In this document: positions 11,812 to 26,000 of the stretch, one piece after another
Layout of the letters: each line of letters starts with the position of its first letter
Position numbering within the stretch: the stretch's first letter is position 1
Assembly (NCBI RefSeq): GCF_000150275.1
Contig: NW_002060957.1
Span: 1,414,445-1,478,444 of the forward strand
Length of the DNA stretch: 64,000 nucleotides
Origin: Trichoplax adhaerens
Lineage: Eukaryota; Animalia; Placozoa
Direction: 5' to 3'
Notes under the pieces: model-generated
What the model saw: only the letters and a program-made list of their open reading frames with translations
Databases searched by the model: none
What the model was told of the DNA's origin: nothing
Position numbers and translations under genes: made by a program

Positions 11812-14800
11812 TTTTCATCTATCTTATCTTCAGGTATCCTTCTGTATTGTTATTTCATTACTATATTATTTTACTCTCACTTCCTTATTTGAAGACGATC
11901 TGAAAGAATTATTTTATGTCTATAAGTACACAACGATTTTTCTAAGCGAACCAATATATGCCTTTCAAATTGTAACAGAATTTAATTTAAGTTATTTACT
12001 TTATAAAGAATACAGAGTTATAGGGAAGTTGAATGCAAATCAGATTATTTATAAAATCTATCGTTACAAAGATAAGTTTTACTGATCTTGCCACTGCCTA
12101 GGAGAACATGCACCTTGTTCATTTTGAGATTAGATTTACTGGAAAGGTCAGGTTCAGATTCTTACGCAAGCGTTCCGCTAGGTGTATATTTCGGATTAAT
12201 CTTCGTTCCTTTACAAATTCATTGCTCACCATTTCTTCACCTTTGCAATATGTTGAAGAAAGCTGCGAAAATTTATCTAAATGATCTCCAAGGATTTTCT
12301 TCTAGTTTGCGTAGAAATACTGAATAATATGTATCAGAGGTTTAAATTCGCTAATTTTATTGTTTACAGAACGTTATGATCGAAAAAAATGAAAGAATGA
12401 GAAAGAGACTTTATTCCAAGTTTAAATAAATTAGTATGATACATTATTAAAATTACATCTGGTCAGGCTCGTTAAGAGACTGATCGATGGCAATGGCGGT
12501 AGAGTCGAATAGCAAACTATTTTTAAGGGCCACGTAAATCTTTCTTTATATCATGCATTATCGCTTAAGTAGGTGTAAATCCGTTTCCATCGATAACTAC
12601 GGCATCTCATGATTATGAAATGAAAAAAAGAGAATGATGGATTTTATCATATCTAGATTAATTACCGCGCAATTAAAGTGCAGTTTATCTACTCGATCTG
12701 TTTAGGTTTTGATTGAAAATATGAAGAGTAAAGTAGTCAAATAAATTATTGTAGATCATTGGACCAATTCTTCGTTTTATCCCACTGAAGATGCTTATTT
12801 TAAAATGGATATAAAATGGACCAGAGCATTCGAGAAGCTTGCAGTAGCTGCTGTAGTATGGGCGAGATTATTTTCCTCATTCAGTATTGGGATTTGTAAA
12901 TTTACATCAAGCTACGATTGCTATTCATGAGAGAGAAGATATTGTACAACTCTATTTACAAGACCTTATTAAAATTTACAGTTACCATGTTAATATGGTG
13001 AATGTTATACTAATACATGGATTATTGTTAATAAAATAGCCTCGGTACATGCGGTGTAATTGGAATGATCATTCTCGATTTCTTTCTAAAGCTGTAAGGC
13101 TACATTATACCAGCGAAGTAGCTCTAGCCTTCAAAGTAAATGCAATTGATATTCAATTTTTTTTACATTAGTAGGTCATAATTAAGACTGATTTTGAGTT
13201 GAGCAATAACATTTGCATTACGCAATGGCTGCAAAATTCAAAGTCAATTACACATAATGTCTATATGTTATAAGCTATAGTCACCTATACTAGGGCAGTT
13301 TGTCGGCGATCATGATAACTTGTGAGAAAGTTGAATTAAGAGTGTAAGTGAATGAAAGGGAAATTATAAATAGAGGCTTAAGTGAAGAGATTTTCAAGAG
13401 AGTGTTCATGCGTGAATGGAACGGGTTTCAAGATCGAGCATGAATCGTTAGTTTAAAACGCTTTGGATGAGAATGAATTTGAGTCTGATATAGGATTTTT
13501 CTGACATATAATATTCTAACCTACTGATTAAATCACTTTTATATGATAAATCAATTGTACTTTTACATTCTAATTATCTATTAGAATATATATCAAAAGT
13601 GAGAAATGGAATGGAGTAAAATAAATTATCATTTACGAATACGATTGCTCTAGGTTTCAAAGTGTTTGCATAGTTCAGAGTTATGATGGCAGATCTGCGT
13701 ATCATGTTGCCTTAGAAATTTATTCATATTACTTTATATCCAGTTATTGGAGAAATTTTATTAATGCGATTATGCCGATCAAATTAGTAGATTCTCTGCT
13801 ATTGCTTAAAATGGCACGGGAATTAAAAAAGTTAATACATGCGAATAACCACTTAATTAGAAAGTCCTTTATCATTAACTACCGTTAGCTTGTCAAAAAC
13901 ATCTTAATTTCATCAAGAATTGTGCAAACGCTATAGCTGTGGCATTATAACCATAAAAATTCAATGCAAGATCCTGAATGACTTCATAGCTTATAATAGT
14001 TAAGCAATCGACTGCCTTTATATGTAATAATTTCCCCTTCCAACTTTCAAATAAAATGAATGCTAAGCATGCTTTTAGCGAACATTTTCTTAGCCTTATT
14101 TATTGTAAGTCTCAGCTGATCTATACTAGCACTGCAATAGTCTGTGGTACTGTAGATTTACTCTTCGAAATGCTACCAGTAATTTTCAAGTGGAATCTAT
14201 ACCCAGTAAATTAAATGTATACCCTAGAAAATAGAATTGATAAGCTACGATAGTTTGCATACAATAAATAATCATGCATTATTCATTGCTTGTGCACATG
14301 TCATGCAATGCCTCTATAATTTACTGCTTCCTTTCTTTGCGACTTATTATTTACTGGCATCTGCTTGACGTAAAAATACAGTGGCTGAATTTTTTACTAT
14401 AGAGCCAAAGATTTATCTATTTATGAAGAAAATGGGCTGAGATTTTATTACAGTGAGCTTAGAACAAGATACTAATGGCTGGGGTAAATAAATTATCATT
14501 TGTTTACGTCAGGCTTATTGTATATACACGAACTATCTATCTACTAAATCTTACTACTTCATCGATTAGTGTTGAGAAGATATGGCGGATACAGTATAAA
14601 TCTGTTGATAAGGAATAAGATCTGCCAATATAAGATTAGCAGCTTTCCGTTTGTAGTGCAGCCCCAAATATAGCTTAGATTACTATTATAAGACTGTACG
14701 AGAATAACTTAACTTGTAAGGTAGAGTGTAAGATTGTCAGATAATCAGATAGTCCTTGGTAGTCAGACGAACCTAACTTCTGTAATAAAGTGAAATTTGC

Positions 14801-15169
14801 AAGAAACTGTGGTTCTTGATTTATTGTTTTGAAGATCACTTTATCACAACGTTAGATCTATCTAATTAGACGTTACGCTATAAATTCATCTCTAATACAT
14901 CGCTATTTTGCCATCATTTTTGATTATTGTGATTTTATGGCGATTATTTACTAAAGTCTATTTCAAGTTTGAAAACACTTTCCAATTCTGCAACATCAAT
15001 ATCCACATGATAGAATTGGTTACACTGTATAGATTTTTAAATCTACTCTCAAAACTATGACAACATCAATCGCTAATTAACATTTATTTAAGATACATTT
15101 CGGCCTTATTCATTAATGTATTCTACATTGGCGTTGCACTAAATAATAACAACTATGATTTGCATCATA

Positions 15170-16080
15170 TCAATTGTTGATCGGATTTCCATCTGATATA
15201 CAATACTTAAAATGATGTTTACTAATCTTGTTACTTTAGAATTAGCTATTTCCAGTGACGCAAAATCTATCAATTATTGAATAGAACTTTCTGCTACGAT
15301 TTTTTTCTGTTTATAACATTTAAAATTAAACCACTAGATAGAATGCATACTGCCTCATCAATCGTCGATAAGAAAATCGATCAAATGTATAAATATACAA
15401 TTGTAGTTTATTCATACTGAATCAGTCGTTGAAGAAAGAGTTCGATTTAAAGAAGACATGTTGTGGTCAAAACCCAAATTTGGCCAATCTTAAAATCGAC
15501 AAAATCAATCGTTCGTAAAACTGCGATTGATTATAAGTATAAAAATGCATATGTAGTTCATTCATATTTAATCAATTTTTGATCAGATCTCCATCGAATA
15601 AACCTTACCTCTGGGATATATCATATTCGATAATCTTATTGTTTTAAAATTATCTATTTCTAGCGATACACATTTTACCATTGAGTAGAAATTGAAGCCC
15701 CGATCTTTTTCCGATTTATGAAATTTTTTATTTAGTCACTAGATACGCGTATAATAATGGTGTCTCATCAATCGTTGATGAGAAGCTCGATTCAAAGTAT
15801 AAATATACTCACGTAGTTTAGTATTACCGAATCAATCGTTAATCAGATTTTCGATCGGATATACATACCTCATGTCCTATTCGTTAACCTTGTTATTTTA
15901 TAATTAGCTATTCCTGGTGGCATACATTCTTTCATTAATTAAAGCTTTGAGCCAGTAATTTTTATGTAGTTGTGAAATTTATAATTTAATCGCTAGATAA
16001 TAATAACGCTGTCTTATTAATCTTTGATAATTAATAAGTTCGATTATAAAATAAGTATTCAAACTTAGTTCATTTACTTC
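15170..16080. repeat. Composite degenerate tandem repeat, about 250 bp unit with internal sub-repeats
   Basis: TTGTTA(C/T)TTTA...ATTAGCTATT...CTAGATA...CTCATCAATCGT...TCGAT...GTATAAATATAC blocks recur, with CTAGATA anchors at about 15334, 15739 and 15993. A 9-bp hairpin TCTCATCAA-tcg-TTGATGAGA lies at about 15763. Confidence 0.75.
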
Positions 16081-19000
16081 TAATCAAAGCTATCATGAAC
16101 AAAATCGATATCATTGCAATAAAGTACTACCTTCAGTCCTACTCTGAACTGGTCACCCAATAATTAGTCTTACAAAGTAGCGGTTTAGTATTAACTTATT
16201 ACTTAAAAATACTCTTAAATTTTACAGTGGTAAAACTTTTAACCAAGTAAACTATACAGCTGATTCTCAAATTTTCGGTTGAGGTCCATTCTAAAGAAGG
16301 CAACTCTTCACACCCTTCGTTGCAACATTTTAATGATATATGTTTAAAAATTCAGTCTCCCTGGGCTAATCACATTCAAACGTCATTCAGCTTATTCGAT
16401 ACTTCCCTTATTAAACTCAATGCTCCAGAAGGCTCCTGCAGGTGCAAGACCCCTAACTAGGTATGATTGGCATCGCTCATACACAGCCAATTATATGTAA
16501 GATACTGAAACAAGCTGATACCACTTACCGAGGCACCCTATAGTCTCATTTAAGGCTACAGCTGTCGTCTCTACCATCATCCACTAATAGTAAACGACTA
16601 CCTTTAAAGCCATAAAGTAATCCATGGCACCATTAATCTATTCAGATCTAGCATCATCTTACTAATGATTATTGGGATCTCACTATAAAACCTATTTCCC
16701 CACAATTGTGGTCATTTCTTTTAAGGGATTATGAAAATAGAATCAATCGGGTAATAAGTTTTAGACAGGAATTATTTCATTTATAATCATTATTTAATCC
16801 GTATTTTAAAAGCAATATTTTAATTATATTTTACAGCTAAATCGTCAATTTTTCGATCAAATTTTTCATGAATGCTATAGTAATAATAACCAACAACAAT
16901 CTGTATTTTATAACTTCCTCTTTTTGATACTGTATCAACGACCATGAATCAAGGGCTACGATCACACCAATTTTTTTAGCTCATTAACTACATGTGCATA
17001 TTAAAATTTTCTATTTTCTTTGCCTAGGTTATCTTAATCAGGATTTGTATTCGATACACAATACACATTCAATTCATAAAAATCATTTATATCTATTCAT
17101 AATTCGTAATCTTCATATAATTATTATCCGAATACCATTCATTCTTGATCAATGTTACATACAGATAATTAGTACATGCTTTATTTTACTGATATCACAG
17201 TTTGCCTGTAAAAAAAAATTTCCATCAGTATTTTCACAGCTATTTTTGCCCTAGCTTCCATTATCAATCGAATTTTTAATCGAATGTATTATTTATTTTA
17301 TATTAGTAACAGATTTCTTTAATTTTACTATTCTCCAAGATAGAGCCGTCGAACCTTGATCGACATTTATGTATTTGATTCTTATCTAGTATTCAATAAG
17401 TTTTTATATACTTAATTTTTATCCATTGATCTACAAAAATTTTATAATTCTACATTGTAGCTATTCTTGTACCTTGACGTTCTTTCTTTAAATCTGTAAT
17501 ATTGATATTGCCTTTCTTTCGATGATTTATACTAACTGAATTAGCAGTAAATAGGAAAGTATGTATGTTGTGATCTATACAACTATTCCAAGTTCTTTTA
17601 CTTTTGAGAAATGTCCAAATCGACAATAACCAGAATCCACTTATTCTATTCCTTACATTCAACTCCAGATAAATTTTTAATTCTATTTTTTACTCTATAT
17701 AGCGATTCAATAACCAGTCGGCAATCAATAGCGGCATTAATTTGAACTAAAAAAAGCGAAATTTTCGCTATCAGTATCTATTTTAACAAATTACTAGCTC
17801 GTTATAGTTAGTGTTAGATTATAGAAGATCATAGCTATTTGATAGATGAAATCCGTCTAACAATGAAAATTCACTTAAATAGAACTTAAAATAAGCGAAA
17901 TAAATGCTTGGGAGGCATTACTATGTGTATTAATGACCAGATTATTAAATGCCAATTTATCTATATCTGCAGCCTTGCAATTTAAAATTAATAATAGCAT
18001 TCCTGTAATTAGATGATTCACTTTGAATCAGTCGTGGATGAAAGGTAATTGCTATCGCTTTAGGTCAATATTGAATTAGAAATCAACCTATGAAGCAAAA
18101 TTTAGCGTAGCATAATAGAGCATTAATTAGTCAGCGAATTTCTTATATATATTTATTAAATATTAGCTAGTCTTACATGACAAATGCGATATTATACTAC
18201 CGATATAAGTTTAACAATGTATAAAGAGTGGTCATTTGTTTGTCAATCTTTGTAGCTGATAGAGCAATTTGCTGTACTTTCAATCCGAAATTCCGATGAC
18301 TAAAAATTTTTTTCGCTTTAAGTAACAAAAGAGCGAGCTGAAGCTTCGGTTCTTATCCCTGTTATCTTAATCGTGTTTTGTTTATATCATCCAGTAAAAA
18401 CAGGCGATAAAGATTTAAGGTGACAAGCGACAACCGGTATAAATGTTGATCTAGTTTACTTATGGAACGGTAGACCTATTAATTATCATCACCTCCAATC
18501 AATTTTTAAACATTTATAATAGAATTAGCAATTTATTTGAATCTATTACATGAAAACTAAAGCGGAGTGTTAATATTTCTACAGTTTGTTTGAATAAGTT
18601 TACTGACTATAAATGAAAATTACGTCTTTTTCCAATAAAATTGTAATATACTCATGGCCTTGACGAAATGACTTCAAGCACAATCGAGCATCTTAAATAA
18701 CTTAAAAATATTAATCGTTTTATTAGCATAAAATAAAAATTTATTAAGAGAATAGAGATGTAATGAAAAGTCGAAAAATAGATTTTCCTTTTCATAGACT
18801 AAACAAAAGAAACTCACGATTAATAACTTCACACTTAAAAGTATGCACTGTGCTCGTATATTTGAAGGGTTTTCAAAAATTTGTAATTATCTTGTTCTAA
18901 GACTCCGAAATAGCATGTTTACATTATTGTATCCAGAATCATTACCGGAATTCAATTTCCATACTAGGAAATTAAATTAATTCGGTTTATTGGACCAATA

Positions 19001-19335
19001 CATTTCAATCTTTAGAGATATTTGATATGATAATTGTACTGCAGAAATTGACATTCATGGTGAATTGGTATCGGAAAACAAATACAATTATAATCTACCA
19101 TTCCTAATTGACTGAGCCACAAAATTAGCAATCTATACTCATTAATATTTCCTTAAATTGGTAGCCCTTGTCTTTAAAAGCAAGGCTAAATAAAGCATGG
19201 CTAGATAAACTTAGAATATTTAAGCAAGTTATGAACTGAAAAAAAAACAAATAGCATATCAATCTTGCTTGCATCTTTAACCCTTAGCTAATTCTTTCCT
19301 CATTGTAAAATTTTGTTTTTTTGCTTCTCTTTTAG

Positions 19336-20347
19336 TCATAATCCGAATATTACTATCTATAACGGCTCCAATCACATACCAGATGAAAATTATGAAGAAA
19401 TAACACCTCTTGGCATTACAAGTCTGGCAATCCAAATAAGTATTGTTGTTCTTAGTGTCATCTGCAATTCCTTAGTTATCGCTACGATTGTTGGATATCG
19501 TCGGCTGCATAATAATACTAACTACTTGGTAGTCAATCAGTGTGTTGTTGATTTCCTCTTTGCAACTCTCATCATTGCAGTTTACCCTATCCAAGCCTTG
19601 CTTGGCTATTGGCCGTTTATTAAAGAATGGTGTGCTATCCATTACTGCTTAAGCATTGGCTTAGTGATGGTATCTATACTTAATTTATGCGCCATCAGTT
19701 TTGATCGCTATATAGCTATTTGTCATCCCTATCATCATCCTAGACTCATGACCAAGAAATCGCTGATCATTATTTTACTCTTTGTGTGGATACAGCCATT
19801 ACTCATCAGTTTACTACCCATTATGTTGTGGCGAACACATCATGATCTTCCTTTTGGTATATGCTCCTATGATATTAATCGATCATTAATCCAAGAAAGA
19901 GTTTATTTAGCATCATTTTTGATGATTAACTATGTGATACCAGCATTTATTATGCTATTATTATATTCATTAATATTTCGTACTGCATGTCGACAAGTCC
20001 ATCAAATTAATAAGCAAAATATGATTTCTTCGTCTTCACTGTCAGATTCTATTCGTACTCATAAAACCTCCGATAAGGACATTAAGTTAGTCCTTTTATT
20101 TCTGGCTATCGTCGGCACCCTATATATTTGTTGGACACCTCTATATACTCTAATGATGATAAGTTACTTTGATGTATTTTATCAGCCTCACATCGGGACT
20201 TTTGTGGCAATCATGTTGGCCTTTTCTAATTGTGCTATTAATCCCATAATATACAGCTGCTCCAATGCTCCAATTCGCAAAGGCTTATTCAAATTAGTTG
20301 GAATAAAAGTAAATATTCGATCGGAACGATACGTTACCACAGTTTAG
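19336..20347 (+). CDS. Rhodopsin-like (class A) GPCR, amine-receptor-like orphan; main coding exon, with the start codon on an upstream exon
   Basis: Seven hydrophobic segments, N1.50 (CNSLV), D2.50, ECL1 WPF...C, SILNLCAISFDRY, CWTP and NPIIY. There is no Met before TM3, and a polypyrimidine-TAG acceptor ends at 19335. Confidence 0.93.
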
Positions 20348-23097
20348 AAGATAATTCTTTTCTCTCCATTGGCCTCATTTTCTTTAATGTCCGAAAATGG
20401 ATCGGTTGAAAAATATAAAAAATAGAACCTTTAATAGTATATATTTAGAGGATCTACTGTTGATTCTCTTCATAATGATATAGGAATTATTCAATTTAAA
20501 TTGCTTCGTTTCTACTGTTTCCTTTAAATCAGATGCATGTGAAACGCCAATAGAAGATTTATTCTTCCTAGAAATTGGAATTAAAATTACTCGTAGCTAT
20601 AATCTAATCTATTTATGCTATCAGCCAATAATTCAATTGTTTCATGTATATTTAAATGATTAGCGGTATTAATCTACTTTTCCCAATTTATTTCAGGTCA
20701 AGCCGCAATAGTACTCCAGTTTTCCAATACTATAGATTTTATTACTGTAACTTGAGTTTCCGTATTTACTCGTTTTTGAGATCTTTATCGAAAAATATCT
20801 GTAATGATAATATGGAGATGTATCGCATATTTGACTAAATTTGTTCCCTAATGATAATCAAAAAGGGCTTAACTCATCACTTTCAGCTGATAAATATAAC
20901 ATTTGGAAGCTGCTGGTTCCTAATTGCAAAAAGTTTTCGCAAAAGCTTTATCTGAGAAATTCCATAGGGATGAATTCCTGTCATGACTGTTTACCTCTAA
21001 GCTTGCTTTCATTATCAGAATGATAATGAAATCATAATGATGGAAATGTTTGATTTATAATTATTCAGCTAATTCTCTTGTATTATATCGCAAGCATGTA
21101 CAGTTTTATACATATTAATCAAATGTCTATTTCTAATAGGAAGTTTCATGCCCTCATTAGCCTTAATTCACGATACTCGTATTAACTGCACTTCATTTCA
21201 TTTAATCTTGCCTGATTGTAGCATTTCAGGATAGGATTATGTTATTACTTTTAATCATTTTCAAACCTTTGGTACGTAAATTCCTATCACTTCATGAAGA
21301 ATATCTTGATTTTAGTAGCCCTTAATTACTTACAGTACGTTCATCAATATGTTGGTAGCTAAATATCAGTACGAGGGCTTGGGTATATCACAAATGAGCG
21401 TTAGTTTGCGTAGGATTGAAAATACCAAGAAGGCAGTAATACTTAATTTCAACAAGTGTTTAAACATCTAGAATGCTACTAATTCGTTATCTTATTCAGA
21501 CTTAATCTGGATTAAAAATATTTGTGGCTATACTCTTCTGTTGTCTACATTGTAATAAAGTAATTGTACCGACATTATTAAAATTTAGCTAATCTGGCGT
21601 TTATATTAACGTACTGATTCAATACACAACAGTAAAATGCATGTAGACTAAGTTCTTACCATATTCAGTAATAACATTATTTCTATCTGTCAAAAGTAAC
21701 ATAGATCATTATTAATTTAGAACTGAGACACATATTCAATTCGATAAGCTTTCAGCGTAAAATCTATCAGTTTAATAAACTTTACAAGATCCAATAATTC
21801 TAAAATGCAATCACCTATTCTCTATTGCTATATCTAATTTCCTGGTTTACCAAAGTTTAAATGGCATTAATCATTTCAGAATATTTTATAAAAGTTAATA
21901 TTCGATAACGTATTACTCATTAAACTATAGATGATGTACTGTACGTTAATGTAAGATAATCGGTTTAATGATAAGGGTTGCAAGATATATGAATGTGCAT
22001 GTAGATTCTTCCCCGTTAAAGGCTGTTGCTAAAGCTATAACAACCTTAAGGCAACTAAAATAATTGGCTAGCTAATATACATAAGTAGCTACTATGCTAA
22101 TATCCCTCGGATTCCGCACGATTTCCATTAGTAAATACTTAACAAAAAACTTTAGGAAAGGCATTAAATTTCATGAACTTATGCTCGGTGTTACAAGAAA
22201 TTACTTACATAATTAATTATCGAAATTACAGATTCAGGGCCGAACATGATCGCTAAATAACTACAATGGAATAAGATTATGTTGTGTTATGGATTCTATG
22301 AAGAAATTTACCTACTGTTCCATAAGATTTGTACAAACAAAAAGGTTGCACGAAATCATAACATTAATAACCCAGCTAGTATGTCCTTGCTAGCATATTT
22401 ATAGTCGAGAAATGGATATAACGGCTACTGGCCAGCTATGAGCTTCAAATTAATATCATCCAATAGGAAGAAATGGATGATGACATCGGTAACCACCTGG
22501 TTGTAGCATATGTTAGTCAATGCTCAATTGAAAAAGTAAATATTAAAATTAAAATTTGCCGTCTATATGTCGTTAGTCAATGCGTATGTACATGCTTATA
22601 AAATAAAATAAAAAATTAGAAAAATATGAATATAAATTTTGTAAAAATATCTTCTCCTGTACATTATGAAAATATATTGAAAGTAAAACTGTTAAAGGAC
22701 AATTCTTTGAATGGATTACAAATGATCTTGGGTATTATAGAAACTCAATAAAATAATAACTAGTATACAGCAATGTAAATTTTGGCTTCTAGTAAATACA
22801 GAATAATGTTGACCTTACCGATGCAATGATTCATTCGCTATATTAAAAGAATTCTCATTAAGCTTAGCACAATCCATATAGACCGACTCCACCCAAAAAT
22901 AAATTTGCATATGTATACCAAACAGCTGCACGTTAAAATTTCCATTTATAATTTTACAAACCTTCCGTAATTAGAAACTTGGACTTTAGTAATTTATGCA
23001 GTTATTATTTTAATGGTTAGTGTGGTAATCCTAGCATTTTCATAGTGTCAAGGGCATCGATTTGGATGTCGAAATTTACTTACTCCTAAGAACATAG

Positions 23098-26000
23098 ATG
23101 AAAATGCAGAATCATTCATATTATTGGATTTTCATTATAATATCAGGTGAAATGAATACCGTAAGAATTACTTTTGTCACCCATATTGAATTAGCATCTT
23201 GTTAATATATATCTAGATATAATTATCACTCATGATAGTATAGTTATTTAGGTAAGTGTTCACGTTAGATCTTAATTTCTGCTTCTTTATTCTCAACTTA
23301 CTATACAAAGCAGCCTTCCAAAATTGTTATACCGCATAAAATTTTTCATATTGCACAGTATTAAATTTATTTTAGATAAATACTTATAGCATTTCTAATT
23401 ATTGTATTGATCATAAATGCGAATCTGATAGATTTCCACAGCAATGTACGACTGGTTCTTGTTCAGTAAATGTCATATGCTTACTTTACGTTATTAATTA
23501 CCCCCTAACTTCTGATAGGGATACTGGTACTCCAATAGTTGTCGCAATCAGAATACTAAGTTAGTACATATATACCAGCGTTTATTTTAAATTCTTAGAA
23601 GCCTAGAGTATCGATTATTAAATACGCAGTATTCGATAATGATAATTTACATCAATGAGTTTTCTGAACAATTTAATAAATATCCGGTAGCACCATTATA
23701 TACCAGTCTTTGCAATATCAAACTGATTAATATCTACTGTATCAATTACTATACCCTTAGTATTAGGAAAGATGATATTTTCTGATGACGTTTATACCTA
23801 GTTCATTAAGTCAATTAAATGATGGGAATCATGGTAAAAAAAGAAGCAAAGTTACGCATGGCTTCTGAGATAGGACAGTATTGATATCGCATTTTTTAGC
23901 TATTTTTGTATACTAAGGATGTTAAGCCGGCATGATAATAGTTCAGGAGAATAATAGCTTTAAGTTTTATGGAATGGTAATTAAACCATTTTATGATGTA
24001 TCCACTGTAGTTGAGCTTAAATTATAATTATTACACGGCAAAAGGGTAGATGCAATTGAAGAAAGTTTAATTTTTGGTCTTAACTGCAAACCTCAGTTTC
24101 ACATGTTATTGCAATTACTTTCCGTAATGGTAATTTGGGCAAGTGAAGGCTATATTTTTGCAATTCTGTAGAAGATTGCTGTAGTGGTAAAAGGATCGCA
24201 AGATTTACTAGGGTTCTATTAATAAATAATGGATTATGATAATAGTGGTTACAGTCCATAGTTATGCGATTATTTATTGTTTAATGACTATAGAATGAAA
24301 GTAATAAAATGATTATTGTAAAATTTACCAAGGTTCTATAAGTAAATAACGGATTATAATGATAGTAGATACAGTCAAATAGTTATACGCTTATTTATAG
24401 TTCGATGACTACAGAATGAAATTTATCTCACTATCTTTAGTTGTCTCGATATCCAATTCTCAATCTCCCCTTCTGATGCTTACCACTTTTGATTCGGAAT
24501 TGGAAACTACAACTGCAACGGTTGATGGAACTTCTCTCACGACAAGTAAGCTTTTAGAATTAACGGACGATTTCTGATGAGATGGAATGATAATAAGATT
24601 TTCGATATACCCAGTATATTGCGGTTTTAATTGCTATTTATGACACTATTTCCGATATTTATTAACGTAAATAGCTATTTAAATTAATATTTTTATATCA
24701 ATGCCTACGCTATTCTTTTATGTAAGTGGCGGCAATTATCGCAAACCTAACTAACTGTAACTACTAGCCAGAGTACCGTAAGAGAAATGATTCAATTAGA
24801 TTGTTTTCCATGGTATATAACATGGCTTAGCTTCTTTACACCTTTTACTAAGTACATGGCAACCAAAATTGAAGATGAAGACTCTTATTTCCTTTGAAGA
24901 TAATATCTATAGTGCAATTGCTAGAATATCAGATAGACAAATGCCACTTTTGCATTTAATTTATAAAGACCAACTTATGCATATTCTCTTATAGTATTGC
25001 GGCTGTAAATTTTCCAATTACTAGAAATATATTGTCTACGATTTGCTTCCCTTCGATCAGATTTATTAAATTATCACAGCTGCACCTTTATTCTCTTTAG
25101 CCATTATTTTTAACTGCTTTATACTAGTCAAGGAAATCAAATTCATTAGGAATTTGATAGCTCGATACAAATAATATTCATAACGTCAATTGCAAGCACA
25201 GTAGATAAACTAAAGCCACTTTTACATTTTCTTCATGGGGATTAAATTGTGACCGTAAATTTTTCGCCACTAGGAATACACTGTTCTGCCTATGATCCGC
25301 TTTCTTTCCTCAACATTCTTTAAATTGCAGGCGTTGTATCTTTATTTTTTATGCAGTTATTTTAAGCTTCATTCTTTTTATTTTGGCTATGCTAGTTACT
25401 ACAACTACAGGCATGAATCAAGCCACGACTACAACATTTATTCCAAAGCCAACAAGTAGGTAGCCACTATTTTTACGGTATAATATCTGACATGGCGAGT
25501 ATGTAATCGCTGTTGACAATCTAGATATTTGTTGCTTAATAACAAGTTTTTGTGATAACGTAATAGTATGAATGTCGCAGCATATATTTTTATTTTCAAT
25601 TTCTTCTGCAGTATATCAAAAATTCTACTTCTTCTGCTAATTTGAAGCTAGATCTATAGGTTTTCTACAGCATATCATCAGTAATTGAGCTTATATAATT
25701 GCTGTCGGTAATTTGTATATAAATTTTTTTTTAATTATAAGTTTACTTGGATAACATAAATAGCTCGAACGCCTCAGTATATATTTTTACCTTTGATTCT
25801 TAAGCAGTTTCAAAGAATTCTGTTCCTTCTGCTAGTTTCAAGCTAGATCTTTATGTCTTTTCCTTATCCTTCTTCAGCGGTGCTTTCAACAGAAACAGCA
25901 GAGATTGGAATATCATCATCAGCTGTCGAAGAAGAAATGCCAGTTTCATCGGTCATCCCTAGTCCGCCAGCTACTGAAATTACAATTACGGAATACCCCA

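Noticed and set aside
5600-11830. Alternative genetic code (TAA/TAG read as Gln) explaining the stops in the coding-like segments
   Set aside because: TGA stops and frameshifts also interrupt them, and neighbouring genes terminate with TAA, TAG and TGA normally.
19336-20347. Opsin or a named amine-receptor ortholog
   Set aside because: No Lys7.43 and no Asp3.32; orthology cannot be assigned without a phylogeny.
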